DNA of 62,790 bases, filler included, from Asterionella formosa (GCA_002256025.1; 21 parts of 21 records of this genome joined end to end with filler, not necessarily neighbours in it); one strand, 5' to 3'. Counted from the whole stretch's first letter, positions 10,134 through 21,936 are shown. The notes: generated from the letters alone by a model not told the origin. A program made the numbers and translations.

Positions 10134-10892
10134 TCAAGCCACAAGTCCGGCAGCGAGATAGGAGCCATGCACCACAATAGCACAAAGACCAATCAAATTC
10201 GTCAAGCTCGACATCCCGTGAAACTTACCAAAGTCTCCAGCGAGCTTTTTGTATTCCTTACTTTCCTTGCCTCCAGGCAATTCTTCCAATTCATATCTGT
10301 CAAACATGATTTTGGAAGATCGAGGTTCCAAGTAGAATTGGTTGAGAAGAGTCATCACAAAAGCCAACCCAACAGCCCTGGTGGCATTTGCACCCAATTT
10401 TAGCGTAGGGAGGGTAATCAATTGCAGCAACAAGCTTATAGAGCACAACCCAAAGTACTTGGGAAAGAGTTTGCTCTGAAGTCTGCCGAACGTTTGACGG
10501 GGAAGATTCTTGTACATGGTAATACCAGCCACAAATGTCGTGTACACAACTGTTCCGAAATATGTTGCAAAACTCAACAGGTGAATGGTGGCACCAGCTT
10601 TGGTGGACAGGAACGACGAGGCACGGAAATTCTGGGCAAATGCAAGTGCCCCAAGAATGCTGCCGAAGCGAAAGACAGGCGTGTTCCAGATGCGACCAGG
10701 AGTCCAATTGGAAGGGTCCCAGCCGGAGAGAGTCTCAACGGGCTTCGCAGTTTGAAACAAAAAAGATTTGCTAGCAGGAATGGTTGAAGCACGCTTTGCA
10801 ATAGCAGAAGGCGAAGTATGAAAAGCCAAAGTACCGGCGGCCAATACTAGGCACGCCAATAAGTTGACAGTAGCAAGAGTGATTAGCTTCAT
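10134..10892 (-). CDS. DUF4149/TMEM205-like membrane protein with a bipartite plastid-type presequence
   Basis: TFVAGITMYKNLPRQTFGRLQSKLFPKYF and FGKFHGMSSLTNL. The likely start MKLITLATVNLLACLVLAAGTLA-F resembles a signal peptide plus AF motif; the upstream part of the listed ORF is probably non-coding. Confidence 0.85.
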   Translation of the reverse strand: MKLITLATVNLLACLVLAAGTLAFHTSPSAIAKRASTIPASKSFLFQTAKPVETLSGWDPSNWTPGRIWNTPVFRFGSILGALAFAQNFRASSFLSTKAGATIHLLSFATYFGTVVYTTFVAGITMYKNLPRQTFGRLQSKLFPKYFGLCSISLLLQLITLPTLKLGANATRAVGLAFVMTLLNQFYLEPRSSKIMFDRYELEELPGGKESKEYKKLAGDFGKFHGMSSLTNLIGLCAIVVHGSYLAAGLVA

Positions 10893-11426
10893 GGGAAAAG
10901 AATTACAATGAACCACAACCAAAGTAGGAAATAATGGCAACTGGAAAATGCTATGCAGCCGACAAGGCAGCGTGTGGCGATTCAATGGGGAGCGATGCGA
11001 AGCCAATTTTCTTTCGGTGACATCATATGATAGAGGATCGCTCTTCGAGGATATCTTCGGATCGGAGATTAAATTGTTGAAATGACCGCAACTAGCTCTG
11101 TTATACTGTACAAGGTTCTCGGAGTACCTGGTAGGCACGTAGACCGACGGTTGGTTGATGGCCGATGCTGTAGGATGATGGCAATTGATACGGTAGCAGG
11201 TCCAGGTACCCTGGTACGGATTAATTAATACCTAGCTAATTGTGTATGTCGGGAATGTCCGGTATACCGATTCTACAGGGTATCTATAAGCGCTGGTATT
11301 CCACCAGGTAATTGTTTGAAAAAAACCCCAGGGGCAACTACTAAATCGGGGGATAAAAATAGAATAACTATTGAAGATCCCCATAAATTGTAACAACAAT
11401 AATACATTTCTGTCAATCTGGGTCCT

Positions 11427-14400
11427 TCAATCAATTGTAAACATAGGTCCATCATCCAGTAGTGTCAAATGTCGACACTCGAAACTGTAAGGTAGGTACT
11501 TGACAGGCAGATCAGTGAATCGTTCGTCCTGTCTTGACCACGTCGCTTCGATTGCTTTACTTTCAGGAGCTTTGAGATATTTTTTAACATGCAGAATCAA
11601 TTCTGTACAGGAGCCGAAATCATCCGCAAACCATTGACAAATACGTGGAAGCGTGAGAATAGTCTGGCCACGTTTCACGACAACTGATACGACAGGATTT
11701 AGGTAGTTACGACAAGAAGCGTCCAACTGTTGCTCTAACTTTTCCCCTCTATACATCGGAACGGCTCCAGGATTGCTAAGACTTCCGCAATTAAGTGCAA
11801 AATTAATCCTGAAGTCACTCTGCGTTAAGGCGAACCGGTACTGAGATTTTGGAAGAACAAACTTACTCACAAAGTTAGAAGGATAGTTCATTGATGCTCG
11901 AATAATGTTATGCTCAAGTTCCGTCAATGAAAAAATTTCATCGGAACATTGGTACGAAATAGTGTTGAAGTAGCTGATCCACTGGAACGAGCTGTTGGGT
12001 GGACCAAGGACCAAAAATGCGTGCATAATCATGACGTGATAGAGGTTCAAAAAGAACGCAAGTCGCTCCCGCTCGGACAGTTCATTCACGTTGACTTCTT
12101 TCAGAAAAGATGCACTGTTCAAGAAAGCTCTCAAATTTTCCTCCTCTGAATCTTCTCGGGGTTCAAGTGCCCTCGTCAAAGCAAATTGTACTGCTGTGAT
12201 GGGATCTCGGTTTGTCGGGCTAAAGCAAAATTTCCGACAATTAAGGATTCGTCTCTGCTTGCAAATCCACATAGAACTCTTATGTAAGAATTCTTCTGAT
12301 GGATCATCAATGGACATCAGACTGCTTTCTTTCGATCCTTGCGATCCTGACCCATTAATACGATCCCTGCACTTGGAGGTACTAACTTCGGTCAACAACA
12401 CCACCCATTCGTCACATTCTCGTTCTGAGGCAAACATGAGATAGATTGTGCGACCCAGACTTTCAATAGCCATGAACGAGAAAGACGGTAAGTTTGGGCA
12501 CGCTTCGGGGCTCATCTTCTCAACTTTGACGATGCTTCGTAAGCTCATACGATACGTATCATTAAGTCGCTCAGGATGATAAAACGCAATTTGGTGCTCG
12601 GAAATCTTGACCCATTCCTCGACCCAATGATAATCGCTCAGAGCTCTTGCCACGAAGCAAGATTTTCGAATGATAGCTGATCGTTTCGACAACAGGTTTA
12701 GACGAGGTCTTTGTAGAAAATTCAAATCGAACTCTGTTCTCAGCTGCTGGAAGGCGACAAGCTTTTGCGCTCCATGAGGTGATCCGTCATCTTGCGCTCT
12801 GAGATAGACCACACTCAGCATACGACGAGCTTTCTCTGTATTGGACAATCGAGGCGACCAAGCATTTTCGACTGACTTTCTAGTTGCATCCAGATTGAAA
12901 TACACCGCAACTGTTGATGGTGTTCGAAAAAGTACCTTGCCACAGGCGCTGACGAATGCATATACGTTGACGTACTTTCCTTTGCTGCACATTTCAATGG
13001 ACATAGGGCACATAGTATCAAGCTTTGTAAGGCTATCCCGTGGAGAATGTACGCCCTTTAGCGGGGAAGGATTTATTACTGTATCGTCCGATTCCTCGGC
13101 ATCAAAATAATATTCTTCTCCGTCCGATTCTTCAACAATTGCTGGTTCTACCCCGGAACTACCTTCGGCGTCAAGCCTCGTGTTTGATTCCAAGTCATCT
13201 CCGGAATATGAAGCGGATAAATTGCTTTCAGAATGCAGTCGTCGATGCAACTTCCATGGAAGGATTTCTTCATTTTCTTGCTTTTTGCCTCCTGGGTGAA
13301 ATTTCATCTTCAAAGCAAAGAAATATGAATTATCCTTTGTTAAATGACGTCCATTCTTGGAAGGAGTTTCATTCTCGTACAGGACAATCGAGAGAAAGGA
13401 CTTGTTCCAAAACGTTCTCAAATCAATCTCAGGCGCTACAGGAACTTTAACAATCTTCCATTTCGGTAAATCAATATACATGGAATAATAACTCATGGAA
13501 TATGTGTCCTCAATATTCCAATCTCCAACTGACTTGCTTGATTTTCGTGTGTTTATGCTGTCCTGGGATTCCGGAAACGCTTCTCCCATTGCAGGTGGAG
13601 AATCGCCTGCCTTCGTCACCACTAAGCGTTCAAAAAAGGTCCATGCTGGAATCACTATATGTGATTTTTCTTCTTGCGTCTTATCTCCAAAACTATAGTG
13701 CACATTTGGATTGAAGGATCTCACCAAGTTCAGCAAAATAGAGCACATGCCCTTTGCAACTAATCCAATCTTCATCTGGTCGCTGATTTCAGCACCAGCA
13801 TAAACAATGCCTCGAGGCTTGCGCTTGAACTTCCCCTGGAGCTGGAATACGAAACGTCGTTTCTTTTTGGAGAAAAGTCGTTCGTTCCAATATGGATCGG
13901 TCGTAGGGTCCTCGGGTCGAAGGATGAGCATCATATTGCCGACAAACAGGTCTGTCTCAAATGGAACCGCAGTCGGCGTGTTCACGGGACATTCCTCCAA
14001 ACGACCATACAATGAGAGCACGCTCACATCCAGCGTCGGGAATTCAGGAAGCTTCATATTTTCTTTGACAATAGTGTCAGATACAGAATCAGGTTCCATA
14101 ATGGCTTTGCCATTCTGTTGGGTATCAGGCGTGTTTTTCGAAATCATTTCTCCAATCTTACTTGTCAATGTCTTCATCAAAGTCTCGCGACCTCGCTTGG
14201 TTTCCAGAACAACGGGGGTTGTCAGTAGTATTCGAGAAGACCCCGGCAATTCCAAGATGGCAATCGTAGTCATGTCGTCGCTCTGCGCGATTCTTTGGCA
14301 CGATACAACTCGAGCTAACGATGAATTTGAAGGTAGTACTACATGGCGAAGGTGATCGCCTGACACCACTAGGACTTGAGCCATTGCATTGGGATCGCCT

Positions 14401-14570
14401 TTTATTAAAAAGAAGGTACAAAGGCCTTCCCCGATCAACACAATCGACTCGTTTTCTTGATGTTCACGGACAAACTTAGTTTCACAAAACACGCTGACCA
14501 GAGCTTCTGCGTCAAGGGGAGGATCCTGGGACGAAATTATCATTACTTGCGTGTTCATGGAGGATCCCAT
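11427..14570 (-). CDS. Multidomain protein: DUF1769-like, FFAT motif, PH-like and C-terminal DUF547
   Basis: PFETDLFVG...KKRRFVFQLQGKFK (DUF1769-like); EEYYFDAEE; IYLMFASERECDEWV (PH helix); LAFFLNLYH...RINFALNCGSLSNP...LPRICQWFADDFG (DUF547). 1047-aa ORF; the 5' end is uncertain. Confidence 0.8.
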   Translation of the reverse strand: MGSSMNTQVMIISSQDPPLDAEALVSVFCETKFVREHQENESIVLIGEGLCTFFLIKGDPNAMAQVLVVSGDHLRHVVLPSNSSLARVVSCQRIAQSDDMTTIAILELPGSSRILLTTPVVLETKRGRETLMKTLTSKIGEMISKNTPDTQQNGKAIMEPDSVSDTIVKENMKLPEFPTLDVSVLSLYGRLEECPVNTPTAVPFETDLFVGNMMLILRPEDPTTDPYWNERLFSKKKRRFVFQLQGKFKRKPRGIVYAGAEISDQMKIGLVAKGMCSILLNLVRSFNPNVHYSFGDKTQEEKSHIVIPAWTFFERLVVTKAGDSPPAMGEAFPESQDSINTRKSSKSVGDWNIEDTYSMSYYSMYIDLPKWKIVKVPVAPEIDLRTFWNKSFLSIVLYENETPSKNGRHLTKDNSYFFALKMKFHPGGKKQENEEILPWKLHRRLHSESNLSASYSGDDLESNTRLDAEGSSGVEPAIVEESDGEEYYFDAEESDDTVINPSPLKGVHSPRDSLTKLDTMCPMSIEMCSKGKYVNVYAFVSACGKVLFRTPSTVAVYFNLDATRKSVENAWSPRLSNTEKARRMLSVVYLRAQDDGSPHGAQKLVAFQQLRTEFDLNFLQRPRLNLLSKRSAIIRKSCFVARALSDYHWVEEWVKISEHQIAFYHPERLNDTYRMSLRSIVKVEKMSPEACPNLPSFSFMAIESLGRTIYLMFASERECDEWVVLLTEVSTSKCRDRINGSGSQGSKESSLMSIDDPSEEFLHKSSMWICKQRRILNCRKFCFSPTNRDPITAVQFALTRALEPREDSEEENLRAFLNSASFLKEVNVNELSERERLAFFLNLYHVMIMHAFLVLGPPNSSFQWISYFNTISYQCSDEIFSLTELEHNIIRASMNYPSNFVSKFVLPKSQYRFALTQSDFRINFALNCGSLSNPGAVPMYRGEKLEQQLDASCRNYLNPVVSVVVKRGQTILTLPRICQWFADDFGSCTELILHVKKYLKAPESKAIEATWSRQDERFTDLPVKYLPYSFECRHLTLLDDGPMFTID

Positions 14571-15017
14571 CGCGTGTATGGATTTCCAGTTCTATCAAAG
14601 CACTGAACCGAAAAGTTGACAATGTGCTTCAATGCTGCCAACAAAAAAGTTAGTACATTTAATTCCCATTCGCTGATTCGATTTGTGGAATTGTGCTTGG
14701 TTCCTTTTCGTAACTTTTTACGATCGATACATCAAATCTGAAAAAAGTCCAGACGCAGCCAAGGATGCAAAAATGGAGAAAACCAAGATTTGCAACGGCG
14801 TACGACATCCATAAAAGAAGGAGGAATGATGTACATATTCTTACCAGCATTTAGCCTACATGATCCCACGTAAAGCCTTTTTATTTTTAGCTATCATCTA
14901 CAGCCCCGTACTCGGAGTTTTTTTTTGGCTGTTCCAAGAGGATCTAGGAGAAAACCTATGGTTTCCATGGTTCTTCTGTCTTGATCGTCTCACCATGATT
15001 TTCAGCACAACTGTGGT

Positions 15018-16028
15018 ATGGCGACGAACAAACGACTCCCCAAGAACGAACGAGCTGACTTGGTGGCTTCGTTAGAACATATAGTAACAGTTGGCTGTAG
15101 CAAACGAGACGACGTTAAACGCCAACGTGCCGCGTCCTTACAGGACACAGATCCTACTTGCAGTCATCAAGAAAGACAGTTAAAACACGCCGAAGATGTC
15201 AGGCTATACGAAACGAAAGGGGTGAAGCACCAACGAAAGGATGCCTTCTGGGAGGAAGAGTATGGAGATGAGCTGGATTTGTATTCGTTTTATCAAACGT
15301 CGAGACGAACCTTGTATCGACCCCACACGAACAGCAGAGCTCATGTCCCTAGAGAGATTGTTTTGCGATGCTGGGAAAGAGCCGTACAGGCAGCCTCGAA
15401 TCAAATTATAATAAACGCCGAGGAGGATAACAGCAGTAAGTTCAACCATGCAAAGGAAGAAATAGCATTCGATCAACTGGCAGCGGTCGGCTCACAGAGA
15501 TTGGTTGACAGCATATCAGGGGGGAGCCTATGCGAGGAAAAGCGCCATGAATCTTCGGGGGAATCCATCGAAATTGAAATTCATGAACAAGAAGTTGATC
15601 ATGAGGAATCATCCGAGGAAATCACCAAAAGGCAACTCAGGACCCCGGAAGAGGCCATTCGCAAATGCCGTGAATTGAAAATTGCATCAGTGGAAGCCGT
15701 ATGTTTACGCTGCCAGATTGTCTTCGATTCCGTACAGCAATGCCATATGCATTTTTATGGTACCGCTACTGTTCTGGGGTGTTGTTGGCAACTTGTAAAG
15801 GAACAAGAAATTGCTTTAATGAGAACACTCATGGAGGCAGAAGTTAAGGCTGTGACAGATCTATGTACGAATCGTGTGGTGAACGTTATTCAGTCAGACA
15901 GGAAAATGGATTGGCAGCAAGTCTTGAGCGCTATTGAAATCGGAGATGCGGATCCCTTGCTTCCTTCTCAAGTCGTTGAAAATATCACGAAGCGTGTTCG
16001 TCAACGATATGCGAATCTACCGTTTTAA
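15018..16028 (+). CDS. Hypothetical protein with a possible zinc-finger motif
   Basis: 336-aa ATG-initiated ORF; CLRC-x3-F-x8-H...GCC resembles a C2H2/C2HC finger. Confidence 0.6.
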   Translation: MATNKRLPKNERADLVASLEHIVTVGCSKRDDVKRQRAASLQDTDPTCSHQERQLKHAEDVRLYETKGVKHQRKDAFWEEEYGDELDLYSFYQTSRRTLYRPHTNSRAHVPREIVLRCWERAVQAASNQIIINAEEDNSSKFNHAKEEIAFDQLAAVGSQRLVDSISGGSLCEEKRHESSGESIEIEIHEQEVDHEESSEEITKRQLRTPEEAIRKCRELKIASVEAVCLRCQIVFDSVQQCHMHFYGTATVLGCCWQLVKEQEIALMRTLMEAEVKAVTDLCTNRVVNVIQSDRKMDWQQVLSAIEIGDADPLLPSQVVENITKRVRQRYANLPF

Positions 16029-16646
16029 AAGATTTAAATTTGAACCTTGAATAGAAAAATTTCCTTAAGTTTTGATGTTTCGGTGACAATTTTTCCTGCC
16101 AGAGACAAGTATACATACATCTATAGCTGTACCGCAAATTTTTTCATCGTTCGAACCAAAAAGCAACAATATCATGTGTGTTTCAAAATTTCGTTCCTTT
16201 GTCTATTGACCAATTATTGATATCCTTGACATTAGATGTCGTGTAATTCACCTGCGAAAGAAATTTTCTGGGTCTGACGAGATTTTGAATCAAAGGGTGC
16301 TGTATGATATTGGGCGAGTGCACCTTGAGAAGCCAATTACACATGCAATTCAGGCCATCAAGGCCACCATTATTAGTGTGTACCTCGATTGCTCCTACCT
16401 ATTTGATTCGTCACTAGTATTGGTAATACCCAAACTGAGTTCAAAATTTCTGCACATGCTTCATACTCAATTGAAAATGGGTCCGTCATACGCGAGCGCA
16501 TTGTTCAAAGGATTGATCTATTCAAAATGCGACTTTCATTGTATACTGTTTTTCATTTTGAATTCCTGTTTATGAAGAGTTCTCCAATTCGCTCACAAAA
16601 TGCAGGTGGACACTCCTGTGATTTTTCTCCTCATCAATTGACAGTC

Positions 16647-18898
16647 ATGCTTTGCTCCCTCATAGTTGCTTCTCTATTCCTTGGATCAGCGAGAGGGCTG
16701 CTTCAGCTTCGTATCAAACAGCAAGTACTTGTCCAAGGTCCAAAAAGTCCTCGTTCTATTCATGAATTTATCAACGACCTTCATGAATACCTCGACTTGA
16801 CGTTTTATGGATATGTACGGTCTAATGTTGTGGTTGAACCACATGTTGACAGTTATGCTATCTCCGGATATATACTTTTCCGAGAGGACGCTGCTCTCGG
16901 CCCCCTTGGTCTCAAGAACGCCGAAACTTCTCGTTTTGAAGACATATGTAGCGAGTTGAATAAATCACTTTTGTTGCATAAGGATACTTCCAAAGAAAAT
17001 AGAAGGATTCGAGGAAGGCAGTTGCGCGTTAGCTCTATTGCTCGTCCTTCAGATGGTACACCTGGTCAAAAACATCGGGGCCTTGTACGTGAATCTTCCT
17101 TGTGTGCTGCATTTTCCTTCGTGCAAAAACAACAACTGACATTTCTCACCTCTTTTTGACATACCCGATATCTAATTATCAGAAATCTATAGTTCCAACA
17201 GTTTCACCAACTACGGTCCCATCGGCGCAAACATATGATTTACCAACGCTTCCTTTGATTTCCAATTCAACAATACCCATGTGCAACTACACTTCACTTC
17301 CAATTTACTCGGTCCAATGTGTCTCACTTTCTAATGGTACGCTTGTGTTGAATCCTGGTGAATTCACGTGTTCTCAAAACAACTCGTATCGTTTTGGTTT
17401 AACGATCTACGGTGAACTCGGTTTGTTCGATACAACCCACATGCCCTTGTGGTCGTCTGGCACAACCTGCCCCGGCAAGTGCGACGGTGTATATGTGCGC
17501 CTTCAAGTGGACGGAAACTTGCTCGTCAATTCTACTTTAGGCGTTTTATGGGAATCTAGAACGGCTGGTCATACCGACTGTAATGCAATATTGACAGTTG
17601 GGAACGATGGAGTTGCAACCATACGTTGCAACACCGAAGGGTACATATGGTCAACTGCGACTGCGTTAAACGGCGTCGTTAACTCCTCTAGCCTTGAACG
17701 GAAAGTTATGGCCGGCTACCAAGGTTGGTTTTTTGCCAAAGGGGATGGGGGCATTGATCAATGGGTTCATTGGGGGGAGCCCAGAATTGCACCAAGCATC
17801 GACACAGTCACCATTGACTTCTGGCCTGACATGTCTGAATGTGACAATGATGAGCTCTATCGTACGGATTTAAATTACAGCAATGGGGCGAATGCACCCG
17901 TATACAGTGCATTCAACACCAAGACTGTGGAGCGCCACTGTAGATGGATGCAAGATTATGGCCTCGACGGAATTTTTGCCCAGCGATTTATACGTGAAGC
18001 AGTTCAATGGACCCCTATCGTCGATAAGGTACTCTCCAACATTCGGAGCGGCTCTGAAAAGTTTGGCCGAGTTTTTGCGGTGATGTATGACATAAGCAAT
18101 GGCGAGAACTATATAATGGTTCAGGAGGTCATAAATGACTGGATGCATCTTGTTGACAATCAAAACATCACTAAGAGCGGGCAGTACCTTCGTCACAGAG
18201 GGAAACCACTATTAGCGATTTGGGGACTAGGCTTTGCAAGTCGAGTTGCAGACGTCGCCTCTGCGCGCATGTTGATAGATTGGTTCCGGAACGCTGACGA
18301 GAAATATCAAGTCACCCTTCTTGGTGGAGTTCCAGCTGGATGGAGAGACTTGGGTCAAGCATCCAAGACGCAGCCCGAGTGGGCGGATATCTATCGAAGT
18401 TTTGACGTTATCAGCCCTTGGACAGTCGGAGCTATGAACGATCTAGCAAGCGCTGACTATTATTCAGCGAATTATATCAAACCCGACCTACAGGAATGTG
18501 ACAAGTTGGGAATCGACTACCTTCCTGTCGTCTTCCCTGGATTTTCAGCCTTCCATCTTGGAAACAACAGACCGCTGAATCAAATTCCTCGTAATGGAGG
18601 AACTTTCTTTTGGCGCCAGTTTTTCAATGCAATGTCTGCCAATAGTTCCATGGTATACATAGCCATGTTCGATGAAGTGAACGAAGGAACTGCTATCTTC
18701 AAGGTTGCCGAAAGGCAAGAACAACTTCCACTTGGAGTCACGATGGTAACCTTAGATCAAGATTTGGGATACCCTTCGCTTCCCTCAGATTGGTACTTGC
18801 AGCTTGCTGGGGCGGCTACTAATTATGTACACAGTGGAGAAGCGTTTCCGGTAGACATGCCCATTTTCCCCACGAACCAGTCAATCACACCTAATTGA
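16647..18898 (+). CDS. Secreted bulb-type lectin + GH71/GH99-like glycoside hydrolase; exons 16647-17084 and 17183-18898
   Basis: Signal-like MLCSLIVASLFLGSARG. A phase-0 GTACGT...TCAG intron (17085-17182) joins the two ORFs in frame. B-lectin motifs LQVDGNL, WSS.T and LTVGNDG; hydrolase motifs KVMAGYQGWF, DFWPDMSE, YGLDGIFAQRF and YIAMFDEVNEGTAIFK. Confidence 0.8.
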
Positions 18899-19140
18899 AT
18901 CACAATGTAGCACGTCCTTTATATTTATTTGTTTGTTCAACTCGTTCTCAACTCGTTGTCACCAAATTCGCATCTGATACATTCCCCTGGCGACCCGACG
19001 ACGATTGTAATTGGTCAAGGAACCATCAAGCAGATGGGAGCCTGGCATCATTACAGTAAACGTTCCCGGAACGAAATCCCGGACGATTGGCACAGCCTTT
19101 GACAAGTTGGAAAGTTACATGTGGTACCCATGTACACTAC

Positions 19141-19240
19141 NNNNNNNNNNNNNNNNNNNNNNNNNNNNNNNNNNNNNNNNNNNNTTAATTAATTAANNNN
19201 NNNNNNNNNNNNNNNNNNNNNNNNNNNNNNNNNNNNNNNN
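19141..19240. other. Artificial contig spacer (44N-TTAATTAATTAA-44N), first of 20. Others start at 20427, 21713, 22999, 24285, 43515, 44801, 46087, 47373, 48659, 49944, 51231, 52516, 53801, 55086, 56370, 57654, 58942, 60225 and 61508
   Basis: Identical 100-bp linker with stops in all six frames; the small contigs between linkers are nearly equal in length (~1183-1188 bp). Confidence 0.98.
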
Positions 19241-19294
19241 TCTGGTGGTACCATTGGACTTGGGAAACAGTGAGGAAGGTTGTATCCCGCCGTA

Positions 19295-19517
19295 TCAAAC
19301 GGTTTCGAATAAGAGGAGTTGGAACGAAGAGATGTGACAAGAACTGACCTGACACTTCTGTCCGACTGGGTCGATGGATGTCTCCCGCCTATTTGTGACT
19401 TCCTGCGCAACAAAACTTGCCACAACGACGAATCAAACGGGTTTCGAATATGAGGAGTGGTTGGAACGAAGAGACTTGTCATAAACATGACACTTCTGTC
19501 CGACTCGGTCGATGGAG
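19295..19517. repeat. Diverged direct repeat (~85 bp, two copies ~138 bp apart)
   Basis: tcaaacggtttcgaata..gaggagt..tggaacgaagaga...tgacacttctgtccgact.ggtcgatgga at 19295 and 19433. Confidence 0.75.
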
Positions 19518-19641
19518 CAAAAGAAACGACACCAGCGTCCGGTTATTTGCAAATGGCTGTACTTGATTAAAAACAAATAACCATTTTGTTAGTAACTATT
19601 TATGAGTAAATAAAAATTCTTACTTCCATCTTTCCCCATAG

Positions 19642-19866
19642 GAATCAAGCAAAAACGAAAGTGGTCCTGATGAGGAATACTGTGTCGTCGATCCGGAAAG
19701 TGGGGAACTCATTCGTCTCACAGTAGCCGAAAAGGAGCGTATCTTTCTGGACGCGCTTCAGTCCTACTACCGGTATGCCACTGGAAGGCAAATGCTCAAG
19801 GATGACGAGTTTGACCCATTGAAGGAAGATTTGCAATGGAACGGATCTGAGCATATATATAGCTAA
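19642..19866 (+). pseudogene. PGRL1: Truncated PGRL1 (PGR5-like 1) gene fragment
   Basis: After a CCCATAG acceptor it reads EEYCVVDPESGELIRLTVAEKERIFLDALQSYY(RY)ATGRQMLKDDEFDPLKEDLQWNGS, matching the PGRL1 N-terminal motif. It stops before the transmembrane region. Confidence 0.75.
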
Positions 19867-20526
19867 AACAAGGAAAGACGACACAACAATGAATGTGATG
19901 GCTGGTTGTTGAGGATACCGGTATGTGATATGCATCAATCCATATCACAAATCATATTATAGTGATGTACATATCAACGCATCCGTATACTTAGATCCTA
20001 TCCACTGTATAATACTATCATATTAATTGTTGACTTTAACTGTATACATTAAACGACAAACACATATATTAATTAACATACTTTATGTATGATTGCTTGA
20101 TTTATATTCTGTGATGTATCGATAACACTTGCGTACATATTTTATCGTATTTTATTGTCATTGTACTATTTTTACATGATCATATTTTGATCAAAATTAT
20201 ATCATATATATTTTATAAAATCATCATAATTTTAGGATCAATGTATCATAGCTCTGTGATATTTTTTATTCAATATTACGTATCATACTTCGGTGATGTA
20301 TGCATCGATGTAACCTTATCATGATATCACAGTATCATCTTATCAATCATGATGAGATGATTGGGAAGCAACTGTATTCTGCATCGTGCTACAGGGTATA
20401 TTATTATATCACGCAATTTAGTAGCGNNNNNNNNNNNNNNNNNNNNNNNNNNNNNNNNNNNNNNNNNNNNTTAATTAATTAANNNNNNNNNNNNNNNNNN
20501 NNNNNNNNNNNNNNNNNNNNNNNNNN

Positions 20527-21712
20527 GCATCGGGTAGTGCCTGTTTTTGGGGTGACCAACCATCACTTTCAATGGAATACTCTTCTTCGAATCTAGTCTT
20601 CTTCAAACGAGATTGAACAGATGCAGAAGTCACGACATTTCCTTCGTCGTCCAAAAAAGAATCGTCGTAAATGAGTCTCAATGCTTCCCCGTAGGCTCGA
20701 TTGGCCATGACAGAGGCTAGAAGCAATCGTTCCGCTCGTGCGCATTCAAAAATGCCCGCTTGCAACATTTCCAATGCAGCTTTCCAGCGCATAGCATATT
20801 CATCTCGTTCCGAGGCATATTTGGCTCGTCGGCGAGTCTCAAATTTCAGCATGGCATTATATTGTATTTTTCGAAGTCGGTCGACCTCGTCATTGTCAGG
20901 CCGGGACATGAAGGGTAAATTCGTATTTTGCTGTGCAGTGTCGGCTGATTCTACTGATTCATACGAAGTCGCTGATGGGATAATAGGTGTTGCTTCTCTC
21001 GTTTCTTGTTGAATCGTTTCTTGTTGAACTTTCTGAGGACTTTTGGCCCGAGTTGCTTGGGACTTTGCCTCTTTGACCATCCTTGTAATGCGAATCGACC
21101 TCATCAAGTCATTCTTTGCTTTGGACAAGGGATAGCAAGGAACAAAGTAATAAGAATTCATGATCTTGCCATTATCATCCAGGACTCGATCTTCCTCTGT
21201 TATTTTTCCGTTAAGTTGCAAAAAGTTGAGATCTATGGGTTTGAGTGTTTTAGGAACTGGCCCATTGCTTTTCTTCTTGGTTGCATGAGCTTCCACAACA
21301 GTAGGATGAAAGTGGTGCAGGGCCACATAGTGAGCGCTTGCGTGTGCTTCATCCTCCTCGTCCTGTATTAAATCAATGAGTGCGCTCCCTTTGGTAAGAT
21401 GCCGGAGATAGGCCGTTCGAAGGCCGTTTTGCTCCCTGTCGGACTTCGTCTCAGGATTGACGACAAGATTTGGCAGCCGGACAAAGCCTCGTCGACGGTC
21501 ATTGAGTAAGGCAAACGCAGAGGAAATACCCTTGCATTCCTCGCTTTGGCCGCAAATGCAGACTTTGCCGTACGCGACGGCACCTGCATCGTGGTTGGGA
21601 TCTGGACCTCGAGATCCCGTCGTTCTGCTTCCGTTTGATCCAGTCCCCTGAGCGAGAAACAGGCTCTCACAGCCTTCCGAAGCCCCCGACGCAGATTCCT
21701 TCGAGTCGCATT
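20527..21712 (-). CDS. Partial hypothetical protein, open across the whole contig; THAP-like Cys/His region followed by a coiled coil (copy A)
   Basis: The frame stays open upstream of the listed GTG start: KVCICGQSEECKG...FVRLP...LRTAYLRHL...YVALHHFHP...YFVPCYP. Confidence 0.7.
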
Positions 21713-21936
21713 NNNNNNNNNNNNNNNNNNNNNNNNNNNNNNNNNNNNNNNNNNNNTTAATTAATTAANNNNNNNNNNNNNNNNNNNNNNNNNNNNNNNN
21801 NNNNNNNNNNNNGTGAAATAAGCTCAATGGGAAACGAAGAATGGTCCGGCAGCGACGATATTCTTCATCTGATATTCGGTAACACGAGACACATTTATGA
21901 TATTGGTATGATGTTCGCAAAGAAATCTGCTCATCA

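Noticed and set aside
19185..19196. Recurrent TTAATTAATTAA palindrome at ~1286-bp spacing
   Set aside because: It is a synthetic six-frame-stop linker embedded in Ns; the periodicity reflects equal contig sizes.
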